Below, piece after piece: positions 40,495 to 53,900 of a stretch of DNA of 64,000 nt (position 1 is its first letter; every line of letters begins with the position of its first letter). Location: the NCBI GenBank assembly GCA_012295275.1, contig CM022670.1:30318001-30382000 (forward strand). Reading direction: 5' to 3'. The notes below the pieces were generated by a model. That model saw only the letters and a list, made by a program, of their open reading frames with translations. It searched no databases and had not been told where the DNA came from. The position numbers were made by a program, and so were the translations under genes. This DNA comes from Chrysomallon squamiferum (lineage: Eukaryota > Animalia > Mollusca).

Positions 40495-42950
40495 AGCAGT
40501 ATCACTACTGTTTATTACTACCACCAGTATATCATTGCTATGGTAATAGAAGCCATATCATTGGTACCCCTACACATGGAGTACTGATAATAGTGATGGT
40601 AAAGGCAACAGTACCGGTTGTATTAATGCATATGACAGTGCCAATTTTGAGTTTGTTAATCCCAGTGTTTCTTAGTTTATAAAATAACAGAATTCACCTA
40701 ATTATATAATACAGCTTCTAAACAGTCCATGCATGACTGCATATTCTCTGCTATTAAGTTTTTGTGTAATTACCCCCATTTTCTGACATTAATTAGCTAA
40801 ACATAAATATGAATTTATAAACATGATTATACATTATAGCCTAATACACGTAATATTACTGTAATTTAATACTATACTTAATATAAAATGGTAATAGTGA
40901 TGGTAATAGCAGCCATATCGTTGATATTCCTAGATATGGTATTGCTGGTACTAGTGATAGTAATGGCAGTGATATTAATGGCAGCGGTACAGGTTCCAGT
41001 GATGGTAATAGCGGTCTTACCGGTGGTTTTACCAGACATGTAGTGATAGTTAATGACAGTGGTAACGGCGGTATTAATAGATATGGTAGTGCTGGTAATT
41101 GTGATCGTAATAGCAGCAGTATCGATGGTATTAATACGTATGATAGTGGTGAGGGCCATAGCCGCTGTACCGGAACCGCTGCTATTAACATTACTAATAT
41201 ATATATAGTAATATATATAGCGACATCTTCGGTATTAGTACCACAGGTACAGCTACCATAATTAATATCAGCGCCATCATGTCTATTAACACCACCGGCA
41301 CCACTGCTAATACCATCACCTATACCAGCACTATTATGACTAATAATACCATTGTTAATCCGAACACTATCAAGTCTAGTAATACCCAGTACTGCTGCTA
41401 ATAACTTCAGTAATGACAGCACTATCACGTCTAATAATAAGACCAGTACCTCTGCTAGTACCAGCACTATCATATATAATAATACTACTTGTACTGCTGT
41501 TATTACTTTCACTGAAACCTGGACTATCATGTCTAATAATACTACAGGTACCACCGCTATTACGTCACTGATAGCAACATTATCATGTCATACTACCACT
41601 GGTGCAGCACAATAGTGTCTAATAATACCATCATAATCGCTGCTATTAGCATCGCTAATACTCGCACGATCGTGTCTAATAACACCACCAGTACCGCGAT
41701 TATCACCATCACCAATACTAGCTCTATCATGTCAGATAATAACAATAGTACCGCTTCCATTACCACCATTAATACCAGCACTATCATCTCCAAAAATATC
41801 ACCGGTAACGCCGCTGTTATATTCATTAACAGCAGCACTGTGATATCTAATATTACAAGATTACCGCTCCTATTACTATTACTAACACCAGCACAATTAT
41901 GTCTAACAATATCAGCGGCATCGCAGCTATTGCATTCAATAATACAAGCGATATCGTCTCTAATAACACACCATTACCGCTCCTATTACCATTGTTACTA
42001 CAGAACAATCATCTCTTATAATACAACCAGTAATGCCCATCTAGTAGTATCGTGTCTAATAATACTGTTAACAATAATACGAGCACAATCGAGTCTAATA
42101 ATACCACCAATACCACTACTATTACCATTAATAATAGCAGCACTGTAATGTCTAATAATACCACTAGTACCGCTCCTATCACATTCACTAATGCGAGCTC
42201 TATCATGTCTAATAATGCCACCAGAAGAGCTGCTATTACCATCACTAATACTAGCACGATCATGTCATGTAATACCACCAGTAAAGATGCTAACAGCACT
42301 TTTACCGCTGCTATTACCATCATTAATACCAGCACTATTATGTCTAATAATATAACTGGTACCACCGCTATTCCATTCATTAACACGAGCACTGTCAGGT
42401 CTAATACCAATACCTGTAGCGCTGCTATTGCCATAACTGATACAAGCACCGACATGGCGAATAATACCACCAATACCACTGCCATTACCATGGCAGTGCT
42501 GGTGTTAATGAATGTAATAGCGCGGTACCAGTTAAATTATTAGAGATAATAATGCTGGTATTAGTGATGGCACCGGTAAAAGTGCTATTATTTGATAATA
42601 TTGTGCTCGAATCAGTGATGGTAATAGCAACGTCACTATTACATTTAATAATACCAGCAATATCGTGTCTAATAATACCACTAATACTGCTGCTAATACA
42701 ATAAATGATACAAGCACTCACATGTATGATAATACCACCAATACCGCTGGTATTAACATCAATACTACCAGCATCATAATATCCAATAATACCACTAGTA
42801 CTGCTGTTATTACATTCACTAATGCCATCGATATCATCTCTAATAATACGATCAGAACCGTGGCTTTTACTGTCAATAATACAAGAGCTATAATATCCAA
42901 TAAAAAATAATATATGAGCAAAACCTTTTCTAAAAATACTACCAGTACTT
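40495..42950. repeat. Degenerate 57-bp minisatellite with internal orientation switches
   Basis: Approximate consensus atcatgtctaataataccaccagtaccgctgctattaccatcactaataccagcact, giving 19-aa periodicity (MSNNTTSTAAITITNTSTI) in ORF 42052-42543. Reverse-oriented blocks at ~40885-41155 and ~42491-42630. Confidence 0.85.
40639..40860 (+). repeat. Dispersed ~220-250-bp repeat, copy 2 (interrupts the minisatellite)
   Basis: Diverged direct copy of 34650-34900. Confidence 0.8.
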
Positions 42951-42959
42951 ATCCTTTTA

Positions 42960-44834
42960 TCTTCTCTCGAAGGCGTTACATACTCAATGTTAGATGTGAC
43001 TTAGCACACCAGCCTATTTGAAGAGAAGTTGCATATGTTTTAGCTGAAGACGCGCTCACCAACAAATGCAGCTTAGTAGTCGGTCATCTTCGTTATCACC
43101 GGAAGAGAAATAACAAGATTCTTCACTGTAAGAAAGATAAGTAGAAAGAAAACATAAGAAGAACACGCTGTATGCAGGAAGCTGTTTGTTCAACGACTAA
43201 TATATCGGAAACAAATAGAGTGCATTATTCTCCGATTTCGCAATTTCTGCTGAACGCTGATACCTGCATGTGAAAACGGCGCTGTGTGAGGAAAAATTGC
43301 AGCTCATAACAGATTCACCTTTAGATGTGGATACGCACACAACCCATCGTCTTCAAAGAGGACTCCCAGCCGAACAGGAATTGCATGTGCTTTCGCAGTG
43401 AGAAACACACATACATACGTTCTCACCATCAAATATAGCTGATTACTCAATCATCTTCCTTATCATTCTAAAACCTATTGCATCATTTTCACTCTAAGAC
43501 AGACACATAGAAAATAAAGATAAGACAGCAGACTCTGAATGCAGGAGATTGTGGCTGCTGTTTGTTCAAGGACTAAAAACAAATAGAGTGCATTCTTCCG
43601 CGATTTCGCAATCAATGCTGAACGGCGGAGTCACCTGTGTGTGTACTATACCCTGTCAGAGCAACAACTGTAGCGCTTAAATGAGGTGGATTGGAAAAAG
43701 GCAACACATATCTTGAATGCCACAATCAATCTTTAGGTTTGTGGTCTTACATAACAGTGTCTCCTCTATTTTTCTTTCCTAAATGTGGAACAGTCAGTCA
43801 GATAAAAATAACATATTTGACTCGTACTATTCAAAAGCTATTGTCTAGAAGGTTTTACATACTCACTGTTAGATGTGGCTTTGAACACCAACGGATTCGA
43901 AGAGGAGTTGCATATGTTTTCACTCAAGACGCCCTAACCACCAGATATAGATTAGTACTCACTCATCTTCGAATAGCAATCGCACTCAGATGTCTTGCGT
44001 TCAGGAACGTCGTACGAATGCAGGAGCAATTGCTCTATAAGTCCGGAAATCTAATAATACAACCTAGACCATAACTAATACCACCACCATCCTGTGTAAT
44101 AATGCCACGTGCAGAGCTCATCTTACCATGAAAAATACCGACGCAGTCATCTCTAATAATACCACCGATAACGCGGCTATTATAATCACTAATGCCATCG
44201 ATATCGTGTCTAATAATCCCGCCAGTAAAACTGCCATTACCTTCGGTATAATCAGCACGGTCGTATCAACTAATACACCAGCAGCGGATCTGTTGAAAAC
44301 ACATGCAACTACTGTCCGGCTGGAAATCCTCTTCGAAGACAATGGTGTACACCCGCAGGTAACAACGTTGAGCAGAGATTGCGAAAGCGGAGAAGAATGC
44401 ATTCTTTTTGTTTCCAGAGTACGGGTCCGTCAACAAAACAGCACCCACGATGTCCTGCATTCAGAGTGTGCTACCTATGTTTTATTTCTATGACTCTTTC
44501 TTACGTCGAAGAAACATGCAATTCATCTTCCACTTATGAACTGATGATTAACTGATCAGCAACATCTGAAGGTGAGTACGTTTGTGATTGTGTTCTAAAA
44601 TTGTTGTGTGAAGACGTGACGTACTGTTTGATGTGACTTCGCACAGGAGTTCTGTATGTCTTTACTGTAGAAAACATAAACAGTCCAATAGACATTGACA
44701 CCAAATGTAGATTACTACTCGGTCGTCTTCGTTATCAGTGATTACAAGATTCTTCACTGTAAGAAAGACACGAAGTAAGAAAACATTGGAAGAACACGTT
44801 GAATGCAGGATGCTGTTTTACAAGGACTAGTACC
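42960..44834. repeat. Left block of ~1.5-1.65-kb macro-repeat built of diverged ~350-bp monomers
   Basis: 43655-44834 is homologous to 59215-60264, and 43100-43720 to ~60165-60790. The monomer motifs caagattcttcactgtaagaaag, gaatgcagga and aaatagagtgcatt recur, with an inverted monomer at ~44290-44570. Confidence 0.85.
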
Positions 44835-44900
44835 AACTGCAGAACGGCAATTCTGGTGCCGTTTCGCTGTCAGAGCAACAACTCTAGCGCTTAAATGACG

Positions 44901-47900
44901 ATTCAAAGTTACATAGTACGAGAAGTTGAGAAGCTGGAGAAGAATTCATTTTGCCGCTCAGCGCGTACTAGTAGTTAAACACTACGCACACTCTTTGCTT
45001 TGATAACTCTCTCTAGTACCATTGTAATGACTTTACCGTTCTCTCACGATCTCAGAAAGACCACTCGGCCATGTCCCTCATGTCTGTATTACACTAAACA
45101 CACACGCACAGAACCTCTCTTAAACGACGTTTAACAGTCAGCGCTGAACAGAGTGGAAACAACTGCTTCATAACAGAACGCATTCAGACGTGTCTCGTGT
45201 GTCTACGTACACTTGAAATTTACGCACTGGGTGTGGCTGCGAAGCCGGAGAAGAAATTAGTTTTCTTGCTACCTGCATACCCGTTTCCTTTCTCATAGAC
45301 TGTGCTACGTCTCTTATATGATCTGTATTGGCGTTTCCCCAGTAAGCACACACACACGCACCACATGTTTTAAGCGAGATTTAAAGGTTTGCGGTTAACG
45401 CCGTAGAAAGACCTGCTTAACTGCAGAACGCAATTCGGTGCCGTTTCTTACGTGCACACACGATTCGTCCAAGTTGCATAGTACGAGAAGTTGAGAAGCT
45501 GGAGAAGAATTCATTTTGCCGCTCAGCGCGTACTAGTAGTTAAACACTACGCACACTCTTTGCTTTGATAACTCTCTCTAGTACCATTGTAATGACTTTA
45601 CCGTTCTCTCACGATCTCAGAAAGACCACTCGGCCATGTCCCTCATGTCTGTATTACACTAAACACACACGCACAGAACCTCTCTTAAACGACGTTTAAC
45701 AGTCAGCGCTGAACAGAGTGGAAACAACTGCTTCATAACAGAACGCATTCAGACGTGTCTCGTGTGTCTACGTACACTTGAAATTTACGCACTGGGTGTG
45801 GCTGCGAAGCCGGAGAAGAAATTAGTTTTCTTGCTACCTGCATACCCGTTTCCTTTCTCATAGACTGTGCTACGTCTCTTATATGATCTGTATTGGCGTT
45901 TCCCCAGTAAGCACACACACACGCACCACATGTTTTAAGCGAGATTTAAAGGTTTGCGGTTAACGCCGTAGAAAGACCTGCTTAACTGCAGAACGCAATT
46001 CGGTGCCGTTTCTTACGTGCACACACGATTCGTCCAAGTTGCATAGTACGAGAAGTTGAGAAGCTGGAGAAGAATTCATTTTGCCGCTCAGCGCGTACTA
46101 GTAGTTAAACACTACGCACACTCTTTGCTTTGATAACTCTCTCTAGTACCATTGTAATGACTTTACCGTTCTCTCACGATCTCAGAAAGACCACTCGGCC
46201 ATGTCCCTCATGTCTGTATTACACTAAACACACACGCACAGAACCTCTCTTAAACGACGTTTAACAGTCAGCGCTGAACAGAGTGGAAACAACTGCTTCA
46301 TAACAGAACGCATTCAGACGTGTCTCGTGTGTCTACGTACACTTGAAATTTACGCACTGGGTGTGGCTGCGAAGCCGGAGAAGAAATTAGTTTTCTTGCT
46401 ACCTGCATACCCGTTTCCTTTCTCATAGACTGTGCTACGTCTCTTATATGATCTGTATTGGCGTTTCCCCAGTAAAACACACACACGCACCACATGTTTT
46501 AAGCGAGATTTAAAGGTTTGCGGTTAACGCCGTAGAAAGACCTGCTTAACTGCAGAACGCAATTCGGTGCCGTTTCTTACGTGCACACACGATTCGTCCA
46601 AGTTGCATAGTACGAGAAGTTGAGAAGCTGGAGAAGAATTCATTTTGCCGCTCAGCGCGTACTAGTAGTTAAACACTACGCACACTCTTTGCTTTGATAA
46701 CTCTCTCTAGTACCATTGTAATGACTTTACCGTTCTCTCACGATCTCAGAAAGACCACTCGGCCATGTCCCTCATGTCTGTATTACACAAAACACACACG
46801 CACAGAACCTCTCTTAAACGACGTTTAACAGTCAGCGCTGAACAGAGTGGAAACAACTGCTTCATAACAGAACGCATTCAGACGTGTCTCGTGTGTCTAC
46901 GTACACTTGAAATTTACGCACTGGGTGTGGCTGCGAAGCCGGAGAAGAAATTAGTTTTCTTGCTACCTGCATACCCGTTTCCTTTCTCATAGACTGTGCT
47001 ACGTCTCTTATATGATCTGTATTGGCGTTTCCCCAGTAAGCACACACACACGCACCACATGTTTTAAGCGAGATTTAAAGGTTTGCGGTTAACGCCGTAG
47101 AAAGACCTGCTTAACTGCAGAACGCAATTCGGTGCCGTTTCTTACGTGCACACACGATTCGTCCAAGTTGCATAGTACGAGAAGTTGAGAAGCTGGAGAA
47201 GAATTCATTTTGCCGCTCAGCGCGTACTAGTAGTTAAACACTACGCACACTCTTTGCTTTGATAACTCTCTCTAGTACCATTGTAATGACTTTACCGTTC
47301 TCTCACGATCTCAGAAAGACCACTCGGCCATGTCCCTCATGTCTGTATTACACTAAACACACACGCACAGAACCTCTCTTAAACGACGTTTAACAGTCAG
47401 CGCTGAACAGAGTGGAAACAACTGCTTCATAACAGAACGCATTCAGACGTGTCTCGTGTGTCTACGTACACTTGAAATTTACGCACTGGGTGTGGCTGCG
47501 AAGCCGGAGAAGAAATTAGTTTTCTTGCTACCTGCATACCCGTTTCCTTTCTCATAGACTGTGCTACGTCTCTTATATGATCTGTATTGGCGTTTCCCCA
47601 GTAAGCACACACACACGCACCACATGTTTTAAGCGAGATTTAAAGGTTTGCGGTTAACGCCGTAGAAAGACCTGCTTAACTGCAGAACGCAATTCGGTGC
47701 CGTTTCTTACGTGCACACACGATTCGTCCAAGTTGCATAGTACGAGAAGTTGAGAAGCTGGAGAAGAATTCATTTTGCCGCTCAGCGCGTACTAGTAGTT
47801 AAACACTACGCACACTCTTTGCTTTGATAACTCTCTCTAGTACCATTGTAATGACTTTACCGTTCTCTCACGATCTCAGAAAGACCACTCGGCCATGTCC

Positions 47901-50900
47901 CTCATGTCTGTATTACACTAAACACACACGCACAGAACCTCTCTTAAACGACGTTTAACAGTCAGCGCTGAACAGAGTGGAAACAACTGCTTCATAACAG
48001 AACGCATTCAGACGTGTCTCGTGTGTCTACGTACACTTGAAATTTACGCACTGGGTGTGGCTGCGAAGCCGGAGAAGAAATTAGTTTTCTTGCTACCTGC
48101 ATACCCGTTTCCTTTCTCATAGACTGTGCTACGTCTCTTATATGATCTGTATTGGCGTTTCCCCAGTAAGCACACACACACGCACCACATGTTTTAAGCG
48201 AGATTTAAAGGTTTGCGGTTAACGCCGTAGAAAGACCTGCTTAACTGCAGAACGCAATTCGGTGCCGTTTCTTACGTGCACACACGATTCGTCCAAGTTG
48301 CATAGTACGAGAAGTTGAGAAGCTGGAGAAGAATTCATTTTGCCGCTCAGCGCGTACTAGTAGTTAAACACTACGCACACTCTTTGCTTTGATAACTCTC
48401 TCTAGTACCATTGTAATGACTTTACCGTTCTCTCACGATCTCAGAAAGACCACTCGGCCATGTCCCTCATGTCTGTATTACACTAAACACACACGCACAG
48501 AACCTCTCTTAAACGACGTTTAACAGTCAGCGCTGAACAGAGTGGAAACAACTGCTTCATAACAGAACGCATTCAGACGTGTCTCGTGTGTCTACGTACA
48601 CTTGAAATTTACGCACTGGGTGTGGCTGCGAAGCCGGAGAAGAAATTAGTTTTCTTGCTACCTGCATACCCGTTTCCTTTCTCATAGACTGTGCTACGTC
48701 TCTTATATGATCTGTATTGGCGTTTCCCCAGTAAGCACACACACACGCACCACATGTTTTAAGCGAGATTTAAAGGTTTGCGGTTAACGCCGTAGAAAGA
48801 CCTGCTTAACTGCAGAACGCAATTCGGTGCCGTTTCTTACGTGCACACACGATTCGTCCAAGTTGCATAGTACGAGAAGTTGAGAAGCTGGAGAAGAATT
48901 CATTTTGCCGCTCAGCGCGTACTAGTAGTTAAACACTACGCACACTCTTTGCTTTGATAACTCTCTCTAGTACCATTGTAATGACTTTACCGTTCTCTCA
49001 CGATCTCAGAAAGACCACTCGGCCATGTCCCTCATGTCTGTATTACACTAAACACACACGCACAGAACCTCTCTTAAACGACGTTTAACAGTCAGCGCTG
49101 AACAGAGTGGAAACAACTGCTTCATAACAGAACGCATTCAGACGTGTCTCGTGTGTCTACGTACACTTGAAATTTACGCACTGGGTGTGGCTGCGAAGCC
49201 GGAGAAGAAATTAGTTTTCTTGCTACCTGCATACCCGTTTCCTTTCTCATAGACTGTGCTACGTCTCTTATATGATCTGTATTGGCGTTTCCCCAGTAAG
49301 CACACACACACGCACCACATGTTTTAAGCGAGATTTAAAGGTTTGCGGTTAACGCCGTAGAAAGACCTGCTTAACTGCAGAACGCAATTCGGTGCCGTTT
49401 CTTACGTGCACACACGATTCGTCCAAGTTGCATAGTACGAGAAGTTGAGAAGCTGGAGAAGAATTCATTTTGCCGCTCAGCGCGTACTAGTAGTTAAACA
49501 CTACGCACACTCTTTGCTTTGATAACTCTCTCTAGTACCATTGTAATGACTTTACCGTTCTCTCACGATCTCAGAAAGACCACTCGGCCATGTCCCTCAT
49601 GTCTGTATTACACTAAACACACACGCACAGAACCTCTCTTAAACGACGTTTAACAGTCAGCGCTGAACAGAGTGGAAACAACTGCTTCATAACAGAACGC
49701 ATTCAGACGTGTCTCGTGTGTCTACGTACACTTGAAATTTACGCACTGGGTGTGGCTGCGAAGCCGGAGAAGAAATTAGTTTTCTTGCTACCTGCATACC
49801 CGTTTCCTTTCTCATAGACTGTGCTACGTCTCTTATATGATCTGTATTGGCGTTTCCCCAGTAAGCACACACACACGCACCACATGTTTTAAGCGAGATT
49901 TAAAGGTTTGCGGTTAACGCCGTAGAAAGACCTGCTTAACTGCAGAACGCAATTCGGTGCCGTTTCTTACGTGCACACACGATTCGTCCAAGTTGCATAG
50001 TACGAGAAGTTGAGAAGCTGGAGAAGAATTCATTTTGCCGCTCAGCGCGTACTAGTAGTTAAACACTACGCACACTCTTTGCTTTGATAACTCTCTCTAG
50101 TACCATTGTAATGACTTTACCGTTCTCTCACGATCTCAGAAAGACCACTCGGCCATGTCCCTCATGTCTGTATTACACTAAACACACACGCACAGAACCT
50201 CTCTTAAACGACGTTTAACAGTCAGCGCTGAACAGAGTGGAAACAACTGCTTCATAACAGAACGCATTCAGACGTGTCTCGTGTGTCTACGTACACTTGA
50301 AATTTACGCACTGGGTGTGGCTGCGAAGCCGGAGAAGAAATTAGTTTTCTTGCTACCTGCATACCCGTTTCCTTTCTCATAGACTGTGCTACGTCTCTTA
50401 TATGATCTGTATTGGCGTTTCCCCAGTAAAGCACACACACACGCACCACATGTTTTAAGCGAGATTTAAAGGTTTGCGGTTAACGCCGTAGAAAGACCTG
50501 CTTAACTGCAGAACGCAATTCGGTGCCGTTTCTTACGTGCACACACGATTCGTCCAAGTTGCATAGTACGAGAAGTTGAGAAGCTGGAGAAGAATTCATT
50601 TTGCCGCTCAGCGCGTACTAGTAGTTAAACACTACGCACACTCTTTGCTTTGATAACTCTCTCTAGTACCATTGTAATGACTTTACCGTTCTCTCACGAT
50701 CTCAGAAAGACCACTCGGCCATGTCCCTCATGTCTGTATTACACTAAACACACACGCACAGAACCTCTCTTAAACGACGTTTAACAGTCAGCGCTGAACA
50801 GAGTGGAAACAACTGCTTCATAACAGAACGCATTCAGACGTGTCTCGTGTGTCTACGTACACTTGAAATTTACGCACTGGGTGTGGCTGCGAAGCCGGAG

Positions 50901-53900
50901 AAGAAATTAGTTTTCTTGCTACCTGCATACCCGTTTCCTTTCTCATAGACTGTGCTACGTCTCTTATATGATCTGTATTGGCGTTTCCCCAGTAAGCACA
51001 CACACACGCACCACATGTTTTAAGCGAGATTTAAAGGTTTGCGGTTAACGCCGTAGAAAGACCTGCTTAACTGCAGAACGCAATTCGGTGCCGTTTCTTA
51101 CGTGCACACACGATTCGTCCAAGTTGCATAGTACGAGAAGTTGAGAAGCTGGAGAAGAATTCATTTTGCCGCTCAGCGCGTACTAGTAGTTAAACACTAC
51201 GCACACTCTTTGCTTTGATAACTCTCTCTAGTACCATTGTAATGACTTTACCGTTCTCTCACGATCTCAGAAAGACCACTCGGCCATGTCCCTCATGTCT
51301 GTATTACACTAAACACACACGCACAGAACCTCTCTTAAACGACGTTTAACAGTCAGCGCTGAACAGAGTGGAAACAACTGCTTCATAACAGAACGCATTC
51401 AGACGTGTCTCGTGTGTCTACGTACACTTGAAATTTACGCACTGGGTGTGGCTGCGAAGCCGGAGAAGAAATTAGTTTTCTTGCTACCTGCATACCCGTT
51501 TCCTTTCTCATAGACTGTGCTACGTCTCTTATATGATCTGTATTGGCGTTTCCCCAGTAAGCACACACACACGCACCACATGTTTTAAGCGAGATTTAAA
51601 GGTTTGCGGTTAACGCCGTAGAAAGACCTGCTTAACTGCAGAACGCAATTCGGTGCCGTTTCTTACGTGCACACACGATTCGTCCAAGTTGCATAGTACG
51701 AGAAGTTGAGAAGCTGGAGAAGAATTCATTTTGCCGCTCAGCGCGTACTAGTAGTTAAACACTACGCACACTCTTTGCTTTGATAACTCTCTCTAGTACC
51801 ATTGTAATGACTTTACCGTTCTCTCACGATCTCAGAAAGACCACTCGGCCATGTCCCTCATGTCTGTATTACACTAAACACACACGCACAGAACCTCTCT
51901 TAAACGACGTTTAACAGTCAGCGCTGAACAGAGTGGAAACAACTGCTTCATAACAGAACGCATTCAGACGTGTCTCGTGTGTCTACGTACACTTGAAATT
52001 TACGCACTGGGTGTGGCTGCGAAGCCGGAGAAGAAATTAGTTTTCTTGCTACCTGCATACCCGTTTCCTTTCTCATAGACTGTGCTACGTCTCTTATATG
52101 ATCTGTATTGGCGTTTCCCCAGTAAGCACACACACACGCACCACATGTTTTAAGCGAGATTTAAAGGTTTGCGGTTAACGCCGTAGAAAGACCTGCTTAA
52201 CTGCAGAACGCAATTCGGTGCCGTTTCTTACGTGCACACACGATTCGTCCAAGTTGCATAGTACGAGAAGTTGAGAAGCTGGAGAAGAATTCATTTTGCC
52301 GCTCAGCGCGTACTAGTAGTTAAACACTACGCACACTCTTTGCTTTGATAACTCTCTCTAGTACCATTGTAATGACTTTACCGTTCTCTCACGATCTCAG
52401 AAAGACCACTCGGCCATGTCCCTCATGTCTGTATTACACTAAACACACACGCACAGAACCTCTCTTAAACGACGTTTAACAGTCAGCGCTGAACAGAGTG
52501 GAAACAACTGCTTCATAACAGAACGCATTCAGACGTGTCTCGTGTGTCTACGTACACTTGAAATTTACGCACTGGGTGTGGCTGCGAAGCCGGAGAAGAA
52601 ATTAGTTTTCTTGCTACCTGCATACCCGTTTCCTTTCTCATAGACTGTGCTACGTCTCTTATATGATCTGTATTGGCGTTTCCCCAGTAAGCACACACAC
52701 ACGCACCACATGTTTTAAGCGAGATTTAAAGGTTTGCGGTTAACGCCGTAGAAAGACCTGCTTAACTGCAGAACGCAATTCGGTGCCGTTTCTTACGTGC
52801 ACACACGATTCGTCCAAGTTGCATAGTACGAGAAGTTGAGAAGCTGGAGAAGAATTCATTTTGCCGCTCAGCGCGTACTAGTAGTTAAACACTACGCACA
52901 CTCTTTGCTTTGATAACTCTCTCTAGTACCATTGTAATGACTTTACCGTTCTCTCACGATCTCAGAAAGACCACTCGGCCATGTCCCTCATGTCTGTATT
53001 ACACTAAACACACACGCACAGAACCTCTCTTAAACGACGTTTAACAGTCAGCGCTGAACAGAGTGGAAACAACTGCTTCATAACAGAACGCATTCAGACG
53101 TGTCTCGTGTGTCTACGTACACTTGAAATTTACGCACTGGGTGTGGCTGCGAAGCCGGAGAAGAAATTAGTTTTCTTGCTACCTGCATACCCGTTTCCTT
53201 TCTCATAGACTGTGCTACGTCTCTTATATGATCTGTATTGGCGTTTCCCCAGTAAGCACACACACACGCACCACATGTTTTAAGCGAGATTTAAAGGTTT
53301 GCGGTTAACGCCGTAGAAAGACCTGCTTAACTGCAGAACGCAATTCGGTGCCGTTTCTTACGTGCACACACGATTCGTCCAAGTTGCATAGTACGAGAAG
53401 TTGAGAAGCTGGAGAAGAATTCATTTTGCCGCTCAGCGCGTACTAGTAGTTAAACACTACGCACACTCTTTGCTTTGATAACTCTCTCTAGTACCATTGT
53501 AATGACTTTACCGTTCTCTCACGATCTCAGAAAGACCACTCGGCCATGTCCCTCATGTCTGTATTACACTAAACACACACGCACAGAACCTCTCTTAAAC
53601 GACGTTTAACAGTCAGCGCTGAACAGAGTGGAAACAACTGCTTCATAACAGAACGCATTCAGACGTGTCTCGTGTGTCTACGTACACTTGAAATTTACGC
53701 ACTGGGTGTGGCTGCGAAGCCGGAGAAGAAATTAGTTTTCTTGCTACCTGCATACCCGTTTCCTTTCTCATAGACTGTGCTACGTCTCTTATATGATCTG
53801 TATTGGCGTTTCCCCAGTAAGTACACACACACACACGCACCACATGTTTTAAGCGAGATTTAAAGGTTTGCGGTTAACGCCGTAGAAAGACCTGCTTAAC

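Noticed and set aside
40856-42921. Intact mucin or membrane-protein gene from the Thr/Asn-rich and Val/Leu-rich ORFs
   Set aside because: The frames are short, interrupted and switch strand with the repeat orientation, and there is no signal peptide or convincing splice structure. Kept only as a minisatellite.
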